Source: Candidatus Portnoybacteria bacterium
GTDB taxonomy: Bacteria > Patescibacteriota > Minisyncoccia > Portnoybacterales > GWB1-42-6
DNA length: 64,000 nucleotides
Reading direction: 5' to 3'
NCBI GenBank assembly: GCA_028688325.1
Contig: JAQTYI010000003.1
Coordinates: 32,116 to 96,115 of the forward strand
Shown: positions 48,029 through 56,690 of the stretch, in pieces
Numbering within the stretch: the first letter of the stretch is position 1
How the letters are laid out: each line of letters begins with the position of its first letter
Translations under genes and position numbers: made by a program
The notes under the pieces: model-generated
Told to the model about the DNA's origin: nothing
What the model saw: only the letters and a program-made list of their open reading frames with translations
The model's database searches: none

Positions 48029-49042
48029 ATGAAAATTTGTCTTTACCTGGAATTCTACCATTTCATGAATGGCATTTTTTTCAAGAACCTGGGCACGGGG
48101 CTTTTATCGTCTTACGAAAATCAGAAAAAATCACTCAAAGCCATGAATATCGATTTCACGGAAAAGTGGGACGATTCCTGCGACCCTCTGCAAATCAACA
48201 CGCCCTGGCTCAAATCCCTCTATCTCATCAAAAAAGCCCGCCGCAAAGGTAAAAAGGTTATCATCTGGTCGCATGTCACGGTCGAGGATTTTATGCAGGT
48301 CTTTCGCTTCAACAAATTTTTGGCGCCGCTGATGAAAAAATATTTGACTTACGCCTACGGCCTGGCAGATCTGGTTTTTTGCCCCAGCGCCTATACCAAG
48401 TCGCTCCTTGTCAATTACGGCCTGCCGCCGGAAAAACTGATGGTTCGCTCAAACGGCGTGGATACGAATTTTATTTTTCCCGACCAAGCGAGCCGCGACG
48501 CGTACCGCAAAGAATATAAATGCGAAAAGCTGACCGTCGGCACGGTGGGGCTCGTTATTCCCCGCAAAGGCACCGACACTTTTTTAATGCTGGCTGAAAA
48601 TTATCCGCAATACCAGTTCGTGTGGTTTGGCAAAATTTACAGCGCTATGATGGTTAAAGCCCTTCCCAAAGAGCTACCCGGCAACACGCAATTTACCGGA
48701 TATGTTCAAGACCGCAACGCCGCGTTCAATTGCCTGGATATTTTCGTTTTTCCGTCTTTTGAAGAGAACCAAGGAATGGTCATCCTTGAAGCGGCAGCCG
48801 TCGGACTCCCCATCATCGTGCGCGACTTGCCGGTTTACAACCCCTGGCTTATAGATGGCGTCAACTGTCTTAAAGCCAAAAATGACGAGGAATTCAAGAC
48901 CTGCCTTGAGCGCGTTATCGGCGACAACTCTTTAAGAACGCGGCTCAAAGAAGGCGCCAAAGCTCTGGCGCAGAAAGAAGACATCAAGGCGCTCAATCAG
49001 GAGTTATCAGAAATATACAAAAGATTATTAGAAAATAAATAA
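48029..49042 (+). CDS. GT4 glycosyltransferase
   Basis: LYLE, H.T.EDF, PRKG, EENQGMVILEA. Confidence 0.85.
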   Translation: MKICLYLEFYHFMNGIFFKNLGTGLLSSYENQKKSLKAMNIDFTEKWDDSCDPLQINTPWLKSLYLIKKARRKGKKVIIWSHVTVEDFMQVFRFNKFLAPLMKKYLTYAYGLADLVFCPSAYTKSLLVNYGLPPEKLMVRSNGVDTNFIFPDQASRDAYRKEYKCEKLTVGTVGLVIPRKGTDTFLMLAENYPQYQFVWFGKIYSAMMVKALPKELPGNTQFTGYVQDRNAAFNCLDIFVFPSFEENQGMVILEAAAVGLPIIVRDLPVYNPWLIDGVNCLKAKNDEEFKTCLERVIGDNSLRTRLKEGAKALAQKEDIKALNQELSEIYKRLLENK

Positions 49043-49057
49043 AAAAATATATATTAT

Positions 49058-49148
49058 TCTTCGAGCGAAGCCCCGCTTTGGCGGGGCGTAGTCGAGAAGT
49101 CACACAATAGCTTAGTTCTCGACTCGTCCTATGGACTCGCTCGAACAA
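49058..49148. repeat. TCGAGCGAAG...CTCGCTCGAA palindromic repeat
   Basis: tcgagcgaag...agtcgagaa / ttctcgactc...ctcgctcgaa. Confidence 0.65.
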
Positions 49149-49224
49149 TAATAGTTTAATTTCAATAATAAAAATCCCCCGCGGTTTCCCGCGAGGGTTG
49201 TTTGTTTGTTTTGCAAAATGCATC

Positions 49225-49932
49225 TTATAGTATTTTGGCAATGGCAATGTTCCAAACAATAACGTTTTCTGCCATCGCAATGAAAAAATGTTTTTTCCAA
49301 GAACCCCGTTGTATCATAACAGCCTGAGCGTTCTGAATGATAAAGAACGCTGCCAACAAGCCGCTCACCCAGAACACTACCTCCTTGGGCATCGGAGCGA
49401 CAATATACGCCAACATCACAGCCACCTGCGCCGACATGAACCAGAAATGCACCCAGCCGGCTTTCGTCATATCGTCGTAAAAACCGTTGTGTTCAACGGG
49501 GACTCTTGTTTCGGGAGTATGACCGATATTCCAGCCGATGAAAATATGGCCGAGGTTTTCATCGTGTCCCCACCAGGCGCGATGAAAAAGAATGCTCACC
49601 GCTATGCCGGCAACAAGAAAGAAAGGCGTGAACATGACAAAAAATGAAACACCGTTCCACTGCCGATCCAAGACCGGCCACAACGACGACACAACCAGCG
49701 CGTTGACTACGGGAAAGATATACATATCCCCCCAACTGGCCGCCCAGTTATTCAGAAATGACATGGGCAAATGTTGCCAACGGTATTGGCCATGAAATTT
49801 GACCGGCGTCCTGCTGTATTCTTCCAGTTGCCCCAAAGAGAAAGTTTTATCCTTATAGGACATCACCGCTTCAAACAGCTTCCAGAGCAGCGTTATCGCC
49901 GCTGCCATTAGTACAATCTCTATGGTTTTCAA
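49225..49932 (-). CDS. Hypothetical membrane protein (His/Trp-rich)
   Basis: About 6 TM segments; TTG start after AAGGAGG assumed. Confidence 0.65.
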   Translation of the reverse strand: MKTIEIVLMAAAITLLWKLFEAVMSYKDKTFSLGQLEEYSRTPVKFHGQYRWQHLPMSFLNNWAASWGDMYIFPVVNALVVSSLWPVLDRQWNGVSFFVMFTPFFLVAGIAVSILFHRAWWGHDENLGHIFIGWNIGHTPETRVPVEHNGFYDDMTKAGWVHFWFMSAQVAVMLAYIVAPMPKEVVFWVSGLLAAFFIIQNAQAVMIQRGSWKKHFFIAMAENVIVWNIAIAKIL

Positions 49933-49991
49933 GGTACCGCCCTCCTTTCGTTCGTTTTCCACAAAATACACCAAAACGACAATTGTGTCAA

Positions 49992-50093
49992 TCCCGTTAA
50001 AAATTATTAAACTCTCTTTTTGCTGGCAGAGATTGTATCAATCAGCCAAACGAATTATTCAAAAAATCGTTTATCCAATAATTTCTAACGGGA
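49992..50093. mobile_element. MITE-like element (TCCCGTTA.AAATTA...TAATTTCTAACGGGA), TSD TCAA
   Basis: TIRs related to the 15084 element; flanked by tcaa on both sides. Confidence 0.6.
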
Positions 50094-50741
50094 TCAAACA
50101 TTTTCCTCTTTCAAAAACAACTCGTAGTCCTTCGCAAACAGCCATTGGGCAATGTGGCAAATGCCATAAGCGATGAAAAACGCGGCAAAAACATCGATGG
50201 AATAATGCAAATGGCCCAGCAAAACGCTGGCGCTGAAAAACACGGATAAACAAATGAAAAATGCCCTCAAACGCTTGTTTTTCCAGAATATCAGCGCCAT
50301 CAGGAACGGCATGCCGGCGTGCGAGGAAAAGAACAAGTCATTGCCGGAAGTTATCTCGCTAAACATATTACTCAAACTCAAAATGGGCTGGCCCGGCGGC
50401 GCGGCCAAGTGCGTCAAAGAAATAAAAGCGGAGCGAATCAAAATAAAGATTGCTATGCTTTTGAGCACAAAGGGTATTCTTCGCGGCTCTTTTACCATCA
50501 GCCAGGCAACAAATATAAAAAATATGATAGTTCCTTGAAAAAATATCCAGCCGACATTTATCGCCGGCAAATTATCTAAGAAAAGATCGGAAACGGAATT
50601 GCTCGCGCGGTTGGTTACATAGATATTGGCGCCATAGTTGATAAACAAGCTCAAGGCCAAGAAAACCAAGCCAAAAATACCACTCCAGCGAAGATTATTT
50701 TGCGACCAAAATGACTTGTGTCTATGGATAATATTTTTCAT
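50094..50741 (-). CDS. PAP2-like / sphingomyelin-synthase-like membrane phosphotransferase
   Basis: DLFFSSH and HYSIDV motifs; multi-TM. Confidence 0.8.
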   Translation of the reverse strand: MKNIIHRHKSFWSQNNLRWSGIFGLVFLALSLFINYGANIYVTNRASNSVSDLFLDNLPAINVGWIFFQGTIIFFIFVAWLMVKEPRRIPFVLKSIAIFILIRSAFISLTHLAAPPGQPILSLSNMFSEITSGNDLFFSSHAGMPFLMALIFWKNKRLRAFFICLSVFFSASVLLGHLHYSIDVFAAFFIAYGICHIAQWLFAKDYELFLKEENV

Positions 50742-50775
50742 AGTATCGGCCCGGTTTTACGGGCAAAGCGCGCCT

Positions 50776-51204
50776 TTACTGCGACGACGAAGGAGAAACC
50801 TGGACATCCGGCCTTATTTGAACCTGGCTGGCAGTGATGCTGCCGTCCGAGTTAGCCGTGCCGTTGGCAACAACCTGCTTGCCGACCGCCAGCTCGTCCT
50901 GAGAAGCGGAAGCCGTCTTTTGCAGCTGGGTTGAAGCTGAATAAAAAACTATTCTGGAACCGCCGTCCCTCAATTTGATTGTAACGCTTTTATCGTCTTT
51001 GGCAATGATCTCACCCGCCGCGACTCCGTCGTTGCGGTTAACGCCTGCGGAAAAGTTGCCTGCTCCGCGCTGGCGCTGGCCGCCGGAAAAATTCTGCGCC
51101 AAAGACGCGGTCTTACCCTGTTGATATTTCATGCCGCCGAAAAAACCGCCCGCGCCAAAGATAAGCGCGCACAGAATGCCGGCTATAATAGTTTTGTTTT
51201 TCAT
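50776..51204 (-). CDS. Membrane-anchored OB-fold (DUF5666-like) protein
   Basis: GFFGGMKY, GEII..D, L.VG..V...G....DGS.TA..VQI. Confidence 0.65.
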   Translation of the reverse strand: MKNKTIIAGILCALIFGAGGFFGGMKYQQGKTASLAQNFSGGQRQRGAGNFSAGVNRNDGVAAGEIIAKDDKSVTIKLRDGGSRIVFYSASTQLQKTASASQDELAVGKQVVANGTANSDGSITASQVQIRPDVQVSPSSSQ

Positions 51205-51209
51205 AAAAA

Positions 51210-51335
51210 TTAAATTCTGAATTCTAAATTCTAAACAATATTTAATGACCAAATTTCAAAACCGTTTCAATGTTTAAGATTTTTGGATTTTTAATTTTGA
51301 GTTCGTTTGGAATTTAGAATTTAGGATTCAGAATT
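51210..51335. repeat. Inverted heptamer-period array
   Basis: aaattctgaattctaaattcta...ttagaatttaggattcagaattt. Confidence 0.7.
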
Positions 51336-51349
51336 TTTTATATTTACTG

Positions 51350-52573
51350 TTATTCATATCTTAATGCTTCAATGGGATTCAATTGCGAAGCGCGCCGGGC
51401 TGGATAATAGCCAAACACCACTCCGATGGCCGCAGAAACTCCGAAGGCCAAAAATACCGAAGACCAGGAAACCGATGTGGCGATGCCGGCGAACAAAGAA
51501 ACCAGATAAGCCAAAAGCCAACCCAAGCCGACCCCAATCATCCCGCCAAGAAAAGTCAAAGTTATCGCTTCCATCAAAAATTGCAGATTTATATCCCTCT
51601 TCTTGGCGCCGATGGCTTTGCGCAGGCCAATTTCGCGTGTTCGTTCAGTCACGGTCGTCAACATCATATTCATTATGCCGATGCCGCCAACCAGCAAAGA
51701 GATGCCGGCAATGGAAGCCAGCAGTATTGTGAAAGTACTGGTAACCGTTGAGGCGGTCGCCACGATATCGGCCTGAGTCAGAACGCCAAAATCCGCGGCC
51801 GCAGGGTCTGATATCTTATGCCGCTCCAGCAAAAGGATCGTTATCTGCTGTTGGACGGAAGCCATTGAAGACTGGTCCTGTGCCTCAATGCTGATGGTTG
51901 TTACATAGGCATCCCCTGCCAAGAATCTCTGCGCTGTGGTCAGGGGGACATAAACAATGTCGTCGGGATTGTTGAACCCCGATCCTCCTTTGGCCTGCGT
52001 GATGCCGACGATCTTGAATATTACGCCGTTGATCTTAATTGACTGGCCCAGCGCTTCGGCGCCCTGGCCAAAAAGATCGTCCCTAACGGTCGGCCCGATA
52101 ACGGCCACTTTGGAATACGAGGCCATCTGCTGTGCGTCAATGAACGATCCCTCGCCAACAGCGATATTGCGCACCTCAGGATAGGCCGGGGTGGTGCCGG
52201 TAATGGATGTGTTGGTATTTTGGCCTTTGGCCGTTATTTGATAACGGCGCGTGAGTTCTGGCGCAATCTGCTTTATGGAACTTATTTCTTTCTGGATGGC
52301 GTCCGCGTCAGCCTGCGTCAGGGTCTGGGCCGAGCCGCGGCCAGCGCTCACCTGCACACCGACGCCCCGCTGGGCGCCCGGCGTTACGATGACAAGATTG
52401 GAGCCGATGGATTGGATGCTGGACTGGATGCTGCCTTGCGCCCCCTGGCCGATGGAGACCATAGCAATAACCGAACCGATGCCGATAACAATTCCCAGCA
52501 CCGTCAAAAAAGACCTGATCTTGTTGGCCGACAAAGCGAAGTAGATTTCTTCCAGCAGATCGAAAATAGCCAT
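51350..52573 (-). CDS. MacB/FtsX-family ABC permease
   Basis: RSFLT.LGIVIG, GGIGIMN, ERTREIG.RKA.GA, YPA.RAS.L.PIEALR. Confidence 0.93.
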   Translation of the reverse strand: MAIFDLLEEIYFALSANKIRSFLTVLGIVIGIGSVIAMVSIGQGAQGSIQSSIQSIGSNLVIVTPGAQRGVGVQVSAGRGSAQTLTQADADAIQKEISSIKQIAPELTRRYQITAKGQNTNTSITGTTPAYPEVRNIAVGEGSFIDAQQMASYSKVAVIGPTVRDDLFGQGAEALGQSIKINGVIFKIVGITQAKGGSGFNNPDDIVYVPLTTAQRFLAGDAYVTTISIEAQDQSSMASVQQQITILLLERHKISDPAAADFGVLTQADIVATASTVTSTFTILLASIAGISLLVGGIGIMNMMLTTVTERTREIGLRKAIGAKKRDINLQFLMEAITLTFLGGMIGVGLGWLLAYLVSLFAGIATSVSWSSVFLAFGVSAAIGVVFGYYPARRASQLNPIEALRYE

Positions 52574-52577
52574 AAAT

Positions 52578-53258
52578 TTATCTTAAAATCTCGTCCTTCA
52601 AAATGCTTCCGTCGCGGATATGGATAATGCGCTTGGCATGCCTGGCCACTTCCGGCTCATGAGTTATCAGAACGATGGTGTGGCCGGCATCGTTGAGCTT
52701 CTTGAATGTTTCCAATATCAAGTCGCCGGTTTTCGTGTCCAGATTTCCAGTCGGCTCGTCCGCCAAAATAAGAGAAGGGTTATTTATCAGCGCCCGCGCG
52801 ATTGCCACGCGCTGCATCTGCCCGCCGGACAGCTGATTTGAAAGATGGTGGAAGTGCGTTTCGGGCAGACCGGTTGCTGATAATTTTTCTTCCGCTATCC
52901 TTACCCTCTCTTCTTTGGAGACGCCCGAATACACCAAAGGCAAATAAACATTGCGGATGACCGAAGCGCGAGGCAAAAGATTGAATGACTGAAAAACGAA
53001 ACCGATCTTATTTTTTCTGATATCCGCCAATTCGTCTTCCGTCAACAAGGCGACATCTTGTCCGTCCAACAGATATCTGCCGCTCGTCGGCGTATCCAAA
53101 GCGCCCAAAATATGCATCAGAGTTGATTTGCCCGAGCCGCTTGGCCCCATTATCGCCACGAATTCCCCGTCGTTTATTTTGAATGACACATTTTTCAACG
53201 CCAAGAATTCCACATTCTCATTCTTGTATAGTTTGGTGATATCGGATATTTCTATCAT
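52578..53258 (-). CDS. ABC ATP-binding protein (MacB/LolD-like)
   Basis: [25 protein letters not shown]. Confidence 0.95.
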   Translation of the reverse strand: MIEISDITKLYKNENVEFLALKNVSFKINDGEFVAIMGPSGSGKSTLMHILGALDTPTSGRYLLDGQDVALLTEDELADIRKNKIGFVFQSFNLLPRASVIRNVYLPLVYSGVSKEERVRIAEEKLSATGLPETHFHHLSNQLSGGQMQRVAIARALINNPSLILADEPTGNLDTKTGDLILETFKKLNDAGHTIVLITHEPEVARHAKRIIHIRDGSILKDEILR

Positions 53259-53264
53259 GCTATT

Positions 53265-55082
53265 TTAATTTCCCCTTATAGCCCTATTAGCCGCGCCTCC
53301 ACCGCCCGCGCCGCTAAGGCCGGGAATCCTCAAGCCGGAACTTTGGTAGGGAGAAGTGTTCGTCGTGCCGGAAGTTATGGTTTGAACGATGATGGTGTCC
53401 CCTTCTTTCAGTCCGATGGTAATTTCCGTTGAGGTGTCGTTAGACGCGCCAATCTCCACGGCTTGGGCCTGAGGCAACATTTTCAATGTGACTTGATTGG
53501 CCGAACCGGTCACCGGCTGAGACGCGGATTTATCCGCGATCTCGACATAAGATTGGCCCCCCTGGGTTTTCACGGCGCCGTTGGGCACGACCAGAACATC
53601 CGGCTTGGCATCGATTATTACTGACGCCGATGTGCTCATGCCGGGTTTTATCCTGTCATCCTGCGCGTCCAAAACTATTTGCACATTATAACTTACAACT
53701 CCCTGGGCGACCGTCCCGGTAACATCTATTTGCGCCACATGCCCCGTCAGCGTCAATCCGTCAATAGCGTCAAAAGTGAGATTGGCCCGCTGGCCGATTT
53801 TGACCCTGGCTACATCGACTTCGTTCAGCGATATCACGACGATGCGCTGGCTGGTCACGACAGTGGCCGCGGCAAAACCCGAAGAAACCGAATCTCCTTT
53901 GCCAACATTAATCTTGGCGATGACACCGTCAAAAGGAGCGCGGATATAATAATTCGCCAATGTTTGCTGGGCGTCCGCCAAAGCATTCTGCCGCTGCTTG
54001 ACTGCCAGCTGTTGCGATTGGATATCCAGCGGATCAGCGCCGGCTTTTAATTTTGCCAGCGATTGGGTTTTTTCCGTGATGGCCAGATCGTCGCTCACCA
54101 GCGTGTCTTTGTAATTTTTTATCAAGTCCATGCTGGACGAAATGCTTGATAAATTAGTGTTTGATTTGGCGGTATAGGTTGCGACATTGGCCTGATGTGT
54201 TGCCATCTGCAAAGGCAACGAAGTTCCCCTTGCAGTCAGGCGATCCTTCACAAAACTTAAAAAATTATCCGAACTCTTCACGGAATTGGACGCCAATTTG
54301 AAAGTGTTGTAAGTTTCATTGAGCAAAGCGTCTATCGCGTCGTTGCCCGAATCACGGGTTGCGGCCTTATAATTAAGGAAATTTTTATCGTAAGCTGCGC
54401 GAGCCGCCTGGTATTTGGCGTTGGCATCATCCCTGTAAGTAAAAACCGTCTGGTCGTATACTTTGGCCAGATCGGTATAGTAAGAAATATTATCCTGTTG
54501 CGGGTTGTAACTGGTGCCATAAAGCGCGCTCTGGACGCCGGTAATCACGGTTGGCAAATCCAGAAAAGCATTGGAAATATTGGTAAAAGCGTCCGAGTAA
54601 GCCGCATTCAGACTGTCCTGACCCTTGGCTTTTGCCTGCCGAGCTAATGTCAGCGAGTTTTCGGCCTGAGTTACTGCTAATTGGTCGGCCGGTTGGACGA
54701 GCTTGTCCAAAGATAATTGCGCCGAGTCCAAATTCGCCTGCGCATCGCGAACCGCTTTCTGCGCGTCTTGCGCGTTTAGCTGCACAAGCAACGCGCCGCT
54801 TTTAACCTGCTGCCCCGCAACCACCCCAACGAAAGTCGCCTCTCCCGACGACGCTTTGGCTTTAACATCCACCTGGCTCGACGCCGAGACCTGGCCGTTG
54901 CCGCTGATTGAAGTTACCAGGGTATCCTTTTTGACCGCACCCAGAACATAACGGGTCGCGGCCTGACTTTGGTTTGAGGAACTGTAAAAATAATATGCGC
55001 CAAAAAGCACGGTGATAACTGCGGCTGCTGTTAAAAATTTATGCTTTTGAGCAAGCTCCTTCAATTTTTGCGGATAATTCAT
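53265..55082 (-). CDS. Efflux periplasmic adaptor (MacA/HlyD-like) with long coiled coil
   Basis: IRAPFDG, EVD..RVK.GQ, IKPGM, VP..AV. Confidence 0.88.
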   Translation of the reverse strand: MNYPQKLKELAQKHKFLTAAAVITVLFGAYYFYSSSNQSQAATRYVLGAVKKDTLVTSISGNGQVSASSQVDVKAKASSGEATFVGVVAGQQVKSGALLVQLNAQDAQKAVRDAQANLDSAQLSLDKLVQPADQLAVTQAENSLTLARQAKAKGQDSLNAAYSDAFTNISNAFLDLPTVITGVQSALYGTSYNPQQDNISYYTDLAKVYDQTVFTYRDDANAKYQAARAAYDKNFLNYKAATRDSGNDAIDALLNETYNTFKLASNSVKSSDNFLSFVKDRLTARGTSLPLQMATHQANVATYTAKSNTNLSSISSSMDLIKNYKDTLVSDDLAITEKTQSLAKLKAGADPLDIQSQQLAVKQRQNALADAQQTLANYYIRAPFDGVIAKINVGKGDSVSSGFAAATVVTSQRIVVISLNEVDVARVKIGQRANLTFDAIDGLTLTGHVAQIDVTGTVAQGVVSYNVQIVLDAQDDRIKPGMSTSASVIIDAKPDVLVVPNGAVKTQGGQSYVEIADKSASQPVTGSANQVTLKMLPQAQAVEIGASNDTSTEITIGLKEGDTIIVQTITSGTTNTSPYQSSGLRIPGLSGAGGGGAANRAIRGN

Positions 55083-55093
55083 ATATCGATCGG

Positions 55094-55588
55094 TTATTTG
55101 GAGTTAAAAACCCTTATCAGGATGGCCTCTATCTGTCCGCCGGTGTTGGGATTGCCGACAACTACGACCAATTCGCCGATTTTAAGATCGCCCAATTTTA
55201 TGTCCTGTTGTCCGTTGCGTATTATCGTTTTGTCGGAAACGACCACGATCTTTTCGGGCGTGTTATTGCCGTCCACCACCAGATTATTGCCGTCTATCTT
55301 GATTATCAGGCCCGTTGTGCCGTGGGCGCTGATAAAATCACTGCCGAACATCATCGGCATCTGGCGGAAAAATCCGTTTCTCGGGCCGCCGAAATTACGG
55401 TGATAATTTTCTCCCCAATTATAGCTGAAATTGGCCTTGCGATAGCCCACCGCCATCCCCAATCCGAAAACGCCGGTGATGATTATCAAAAATAAAACCG
55501 CGGCCGTTGTTATTTTAAAAATTCTGGAATGAGCCGCTCCGGCTAATTTTTTGGCGATGCTATCGCTGATTTTTTCGTTCGTTTCCAT
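55094..55588 (-). CDS. Membrane-anchored hypothetical (OB-fold-like C-terminus)
   Basis: One TM; W.ENY..NF, HG..G.I, G.P...G.IEA..IR. Confidence 0.65.
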   Translation of the reverse strand: METNEKISDSIAKKLAGAAHSRIFKITTAAVLFLIIITGVFGLGMAVGYRKANFSYNWGENYHRNFGGPRNGFFRQMPMMFGSDFISAHGTTGLIIKIDGNNLVVDGNNTPEKIVVVSDKTIIRNGQQDIKLGDLKIGELVVVVGNPNTGGQIEAILIRVFNSK

Positions 55589-55597
55589 ATATTTATA

Positions 55598-56071
55598 TTA
55601 ATTATTAAGTTTAAAAGTCGAATTAAAATTAAGCTTGGGCAAGCTGTTAAATATGAGTCCGGCCGACACCAACAACAATAAGAATCCGGCCATAGTTAGA
55701 GCGAACGGCCAGACGGGCAAAGATTCCAAAAATGACAAGGCAAAATCCTGCCAATTGGCCAGAATCGCCATAGAATCGGAAAAGGCCAAAAATAATATTT
55801 TCAGTGTTCCGGTTTGTTCAAATTGCCGGCCAAGCTCGGAAACGGCAAAAAACACGACCGACAAAGAAATACCGGAAACGGCTAAAGAGCCGATCATTTC
55901 CATCCTGGCATAGAACAGTCGGCGGTGTGAAATGGCCAGAATGATCTTAGGCAGCAAATAAGCCGGGGGCTCTTGGCCCTCGGCTAATATTTCCGGTAAC
56001 ATCTTATCAAGGTGAGCCAAAGAAAAGTCGACGGTTTCTTTGGCATTAAAATTGGTCTTTTTGTCCTTCAT
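55598..56071 (-). CDS. Putative anti-sigma membrane protein
   Basis: Directly downstream of the ECF sigma; 2-3 TM segments; start reassigned to MKDKK. Confidence 0.6.
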   Translation of the reverse strand: MKDKKTNFNAKETVDFSLAHLDKMLPEILAEGQEPPAYLLPKIILAISHRRLFYARMEMIGSLAVSGISLSVVFFAVSELGRQFEQTGTLKILFLAFSDSMAILANWQDFALSFLESLPVWPFALTMAGFLLLLVSAGLIFNSLPKLNFNSTFKLNN

Positions 56072-56672
56072 ACCTATATATACGGGTCGATGGTCCTTTT
56101 TGGTGCATTTTGCCGCCCGCAATCCTTTTTCTCAAAAATAGCAAGGCCCGGCGACTCCGGCTTTTTACCGTATCTATAGGTTCTCCCAGCAATTCGGCTA
56201 TCTCTTTGAAGGTCATACGCTGGCCGTAGCGCAGTAAAATTATTTCCCTGCTATGCCCGGATAATTTTGCCAGATGCTCCTGCATTTCCCGGGCTAATTC
56301 TTTCTTGTTTATTTCCTCGATTATAGATTCTCCCGTATCGGCTATCTTGTCCGATAACTGTTCTCCGTCTTTGTCGTTTTCCAACGCCGAAAACGCTATC
56401 GGCTTTTTGCGCCGCAAATAATCCACGCAAATATTCCGGACGATGCGCCACATCCAAGTTTGAAAATTTCTATTTTGATCGAATTTCCTCAGTCCCTGCC
56501 AAACTTTCATGAAAACCTCCTGGGTCAGATCTTCCGCTTCTTTGGCGCTGCCGATGTAACGAGCCGTAAAATTGAACACGCGCTTAAAATAGCGCCTGAT
56601 AAGCGTCTCCAGCGCCTCTTCATTGCCCGTTAGATAAAGCCCGACTAATTGTTCATCGGACAGATCTTTCAT
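56046..56672 (-). CDS. ECF RNA polymerase sigma factor
   Basis: AEDLTQEVF, F.TW...I.RN...D, TFKEIAE.LG....TVKSR..RA. Confidence 0.93.
   Translation of the reverse strand: MKDLSDEQLVGLYLTGNEEALETLIRRYFKRVFNFTARYIGSAKEAEDLTQEVFMKVWQGLRKFDQNRNFQTWMWRIVRNICVDYLRRKKPIAFSALENDKDGEQLSDKIADTGESIIEEINKKELAREMQEHLAKLSGHSREIILLRYGQRMTFKEIAELLGEPIDTVKSRSRRALLFLRKRIAGGKMHQKGPSTRIYRYEGQKDQF
56081..56107 (-). promoter_or_regulatory. Candidate ECF promoter
   Basis: tGCACC-17-CGTA about 10 nt before the anti-sigma ATG. Confidence 0.5.
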
Positions 56673-56690
56673 GAAAAAAATAAAAGGGAT

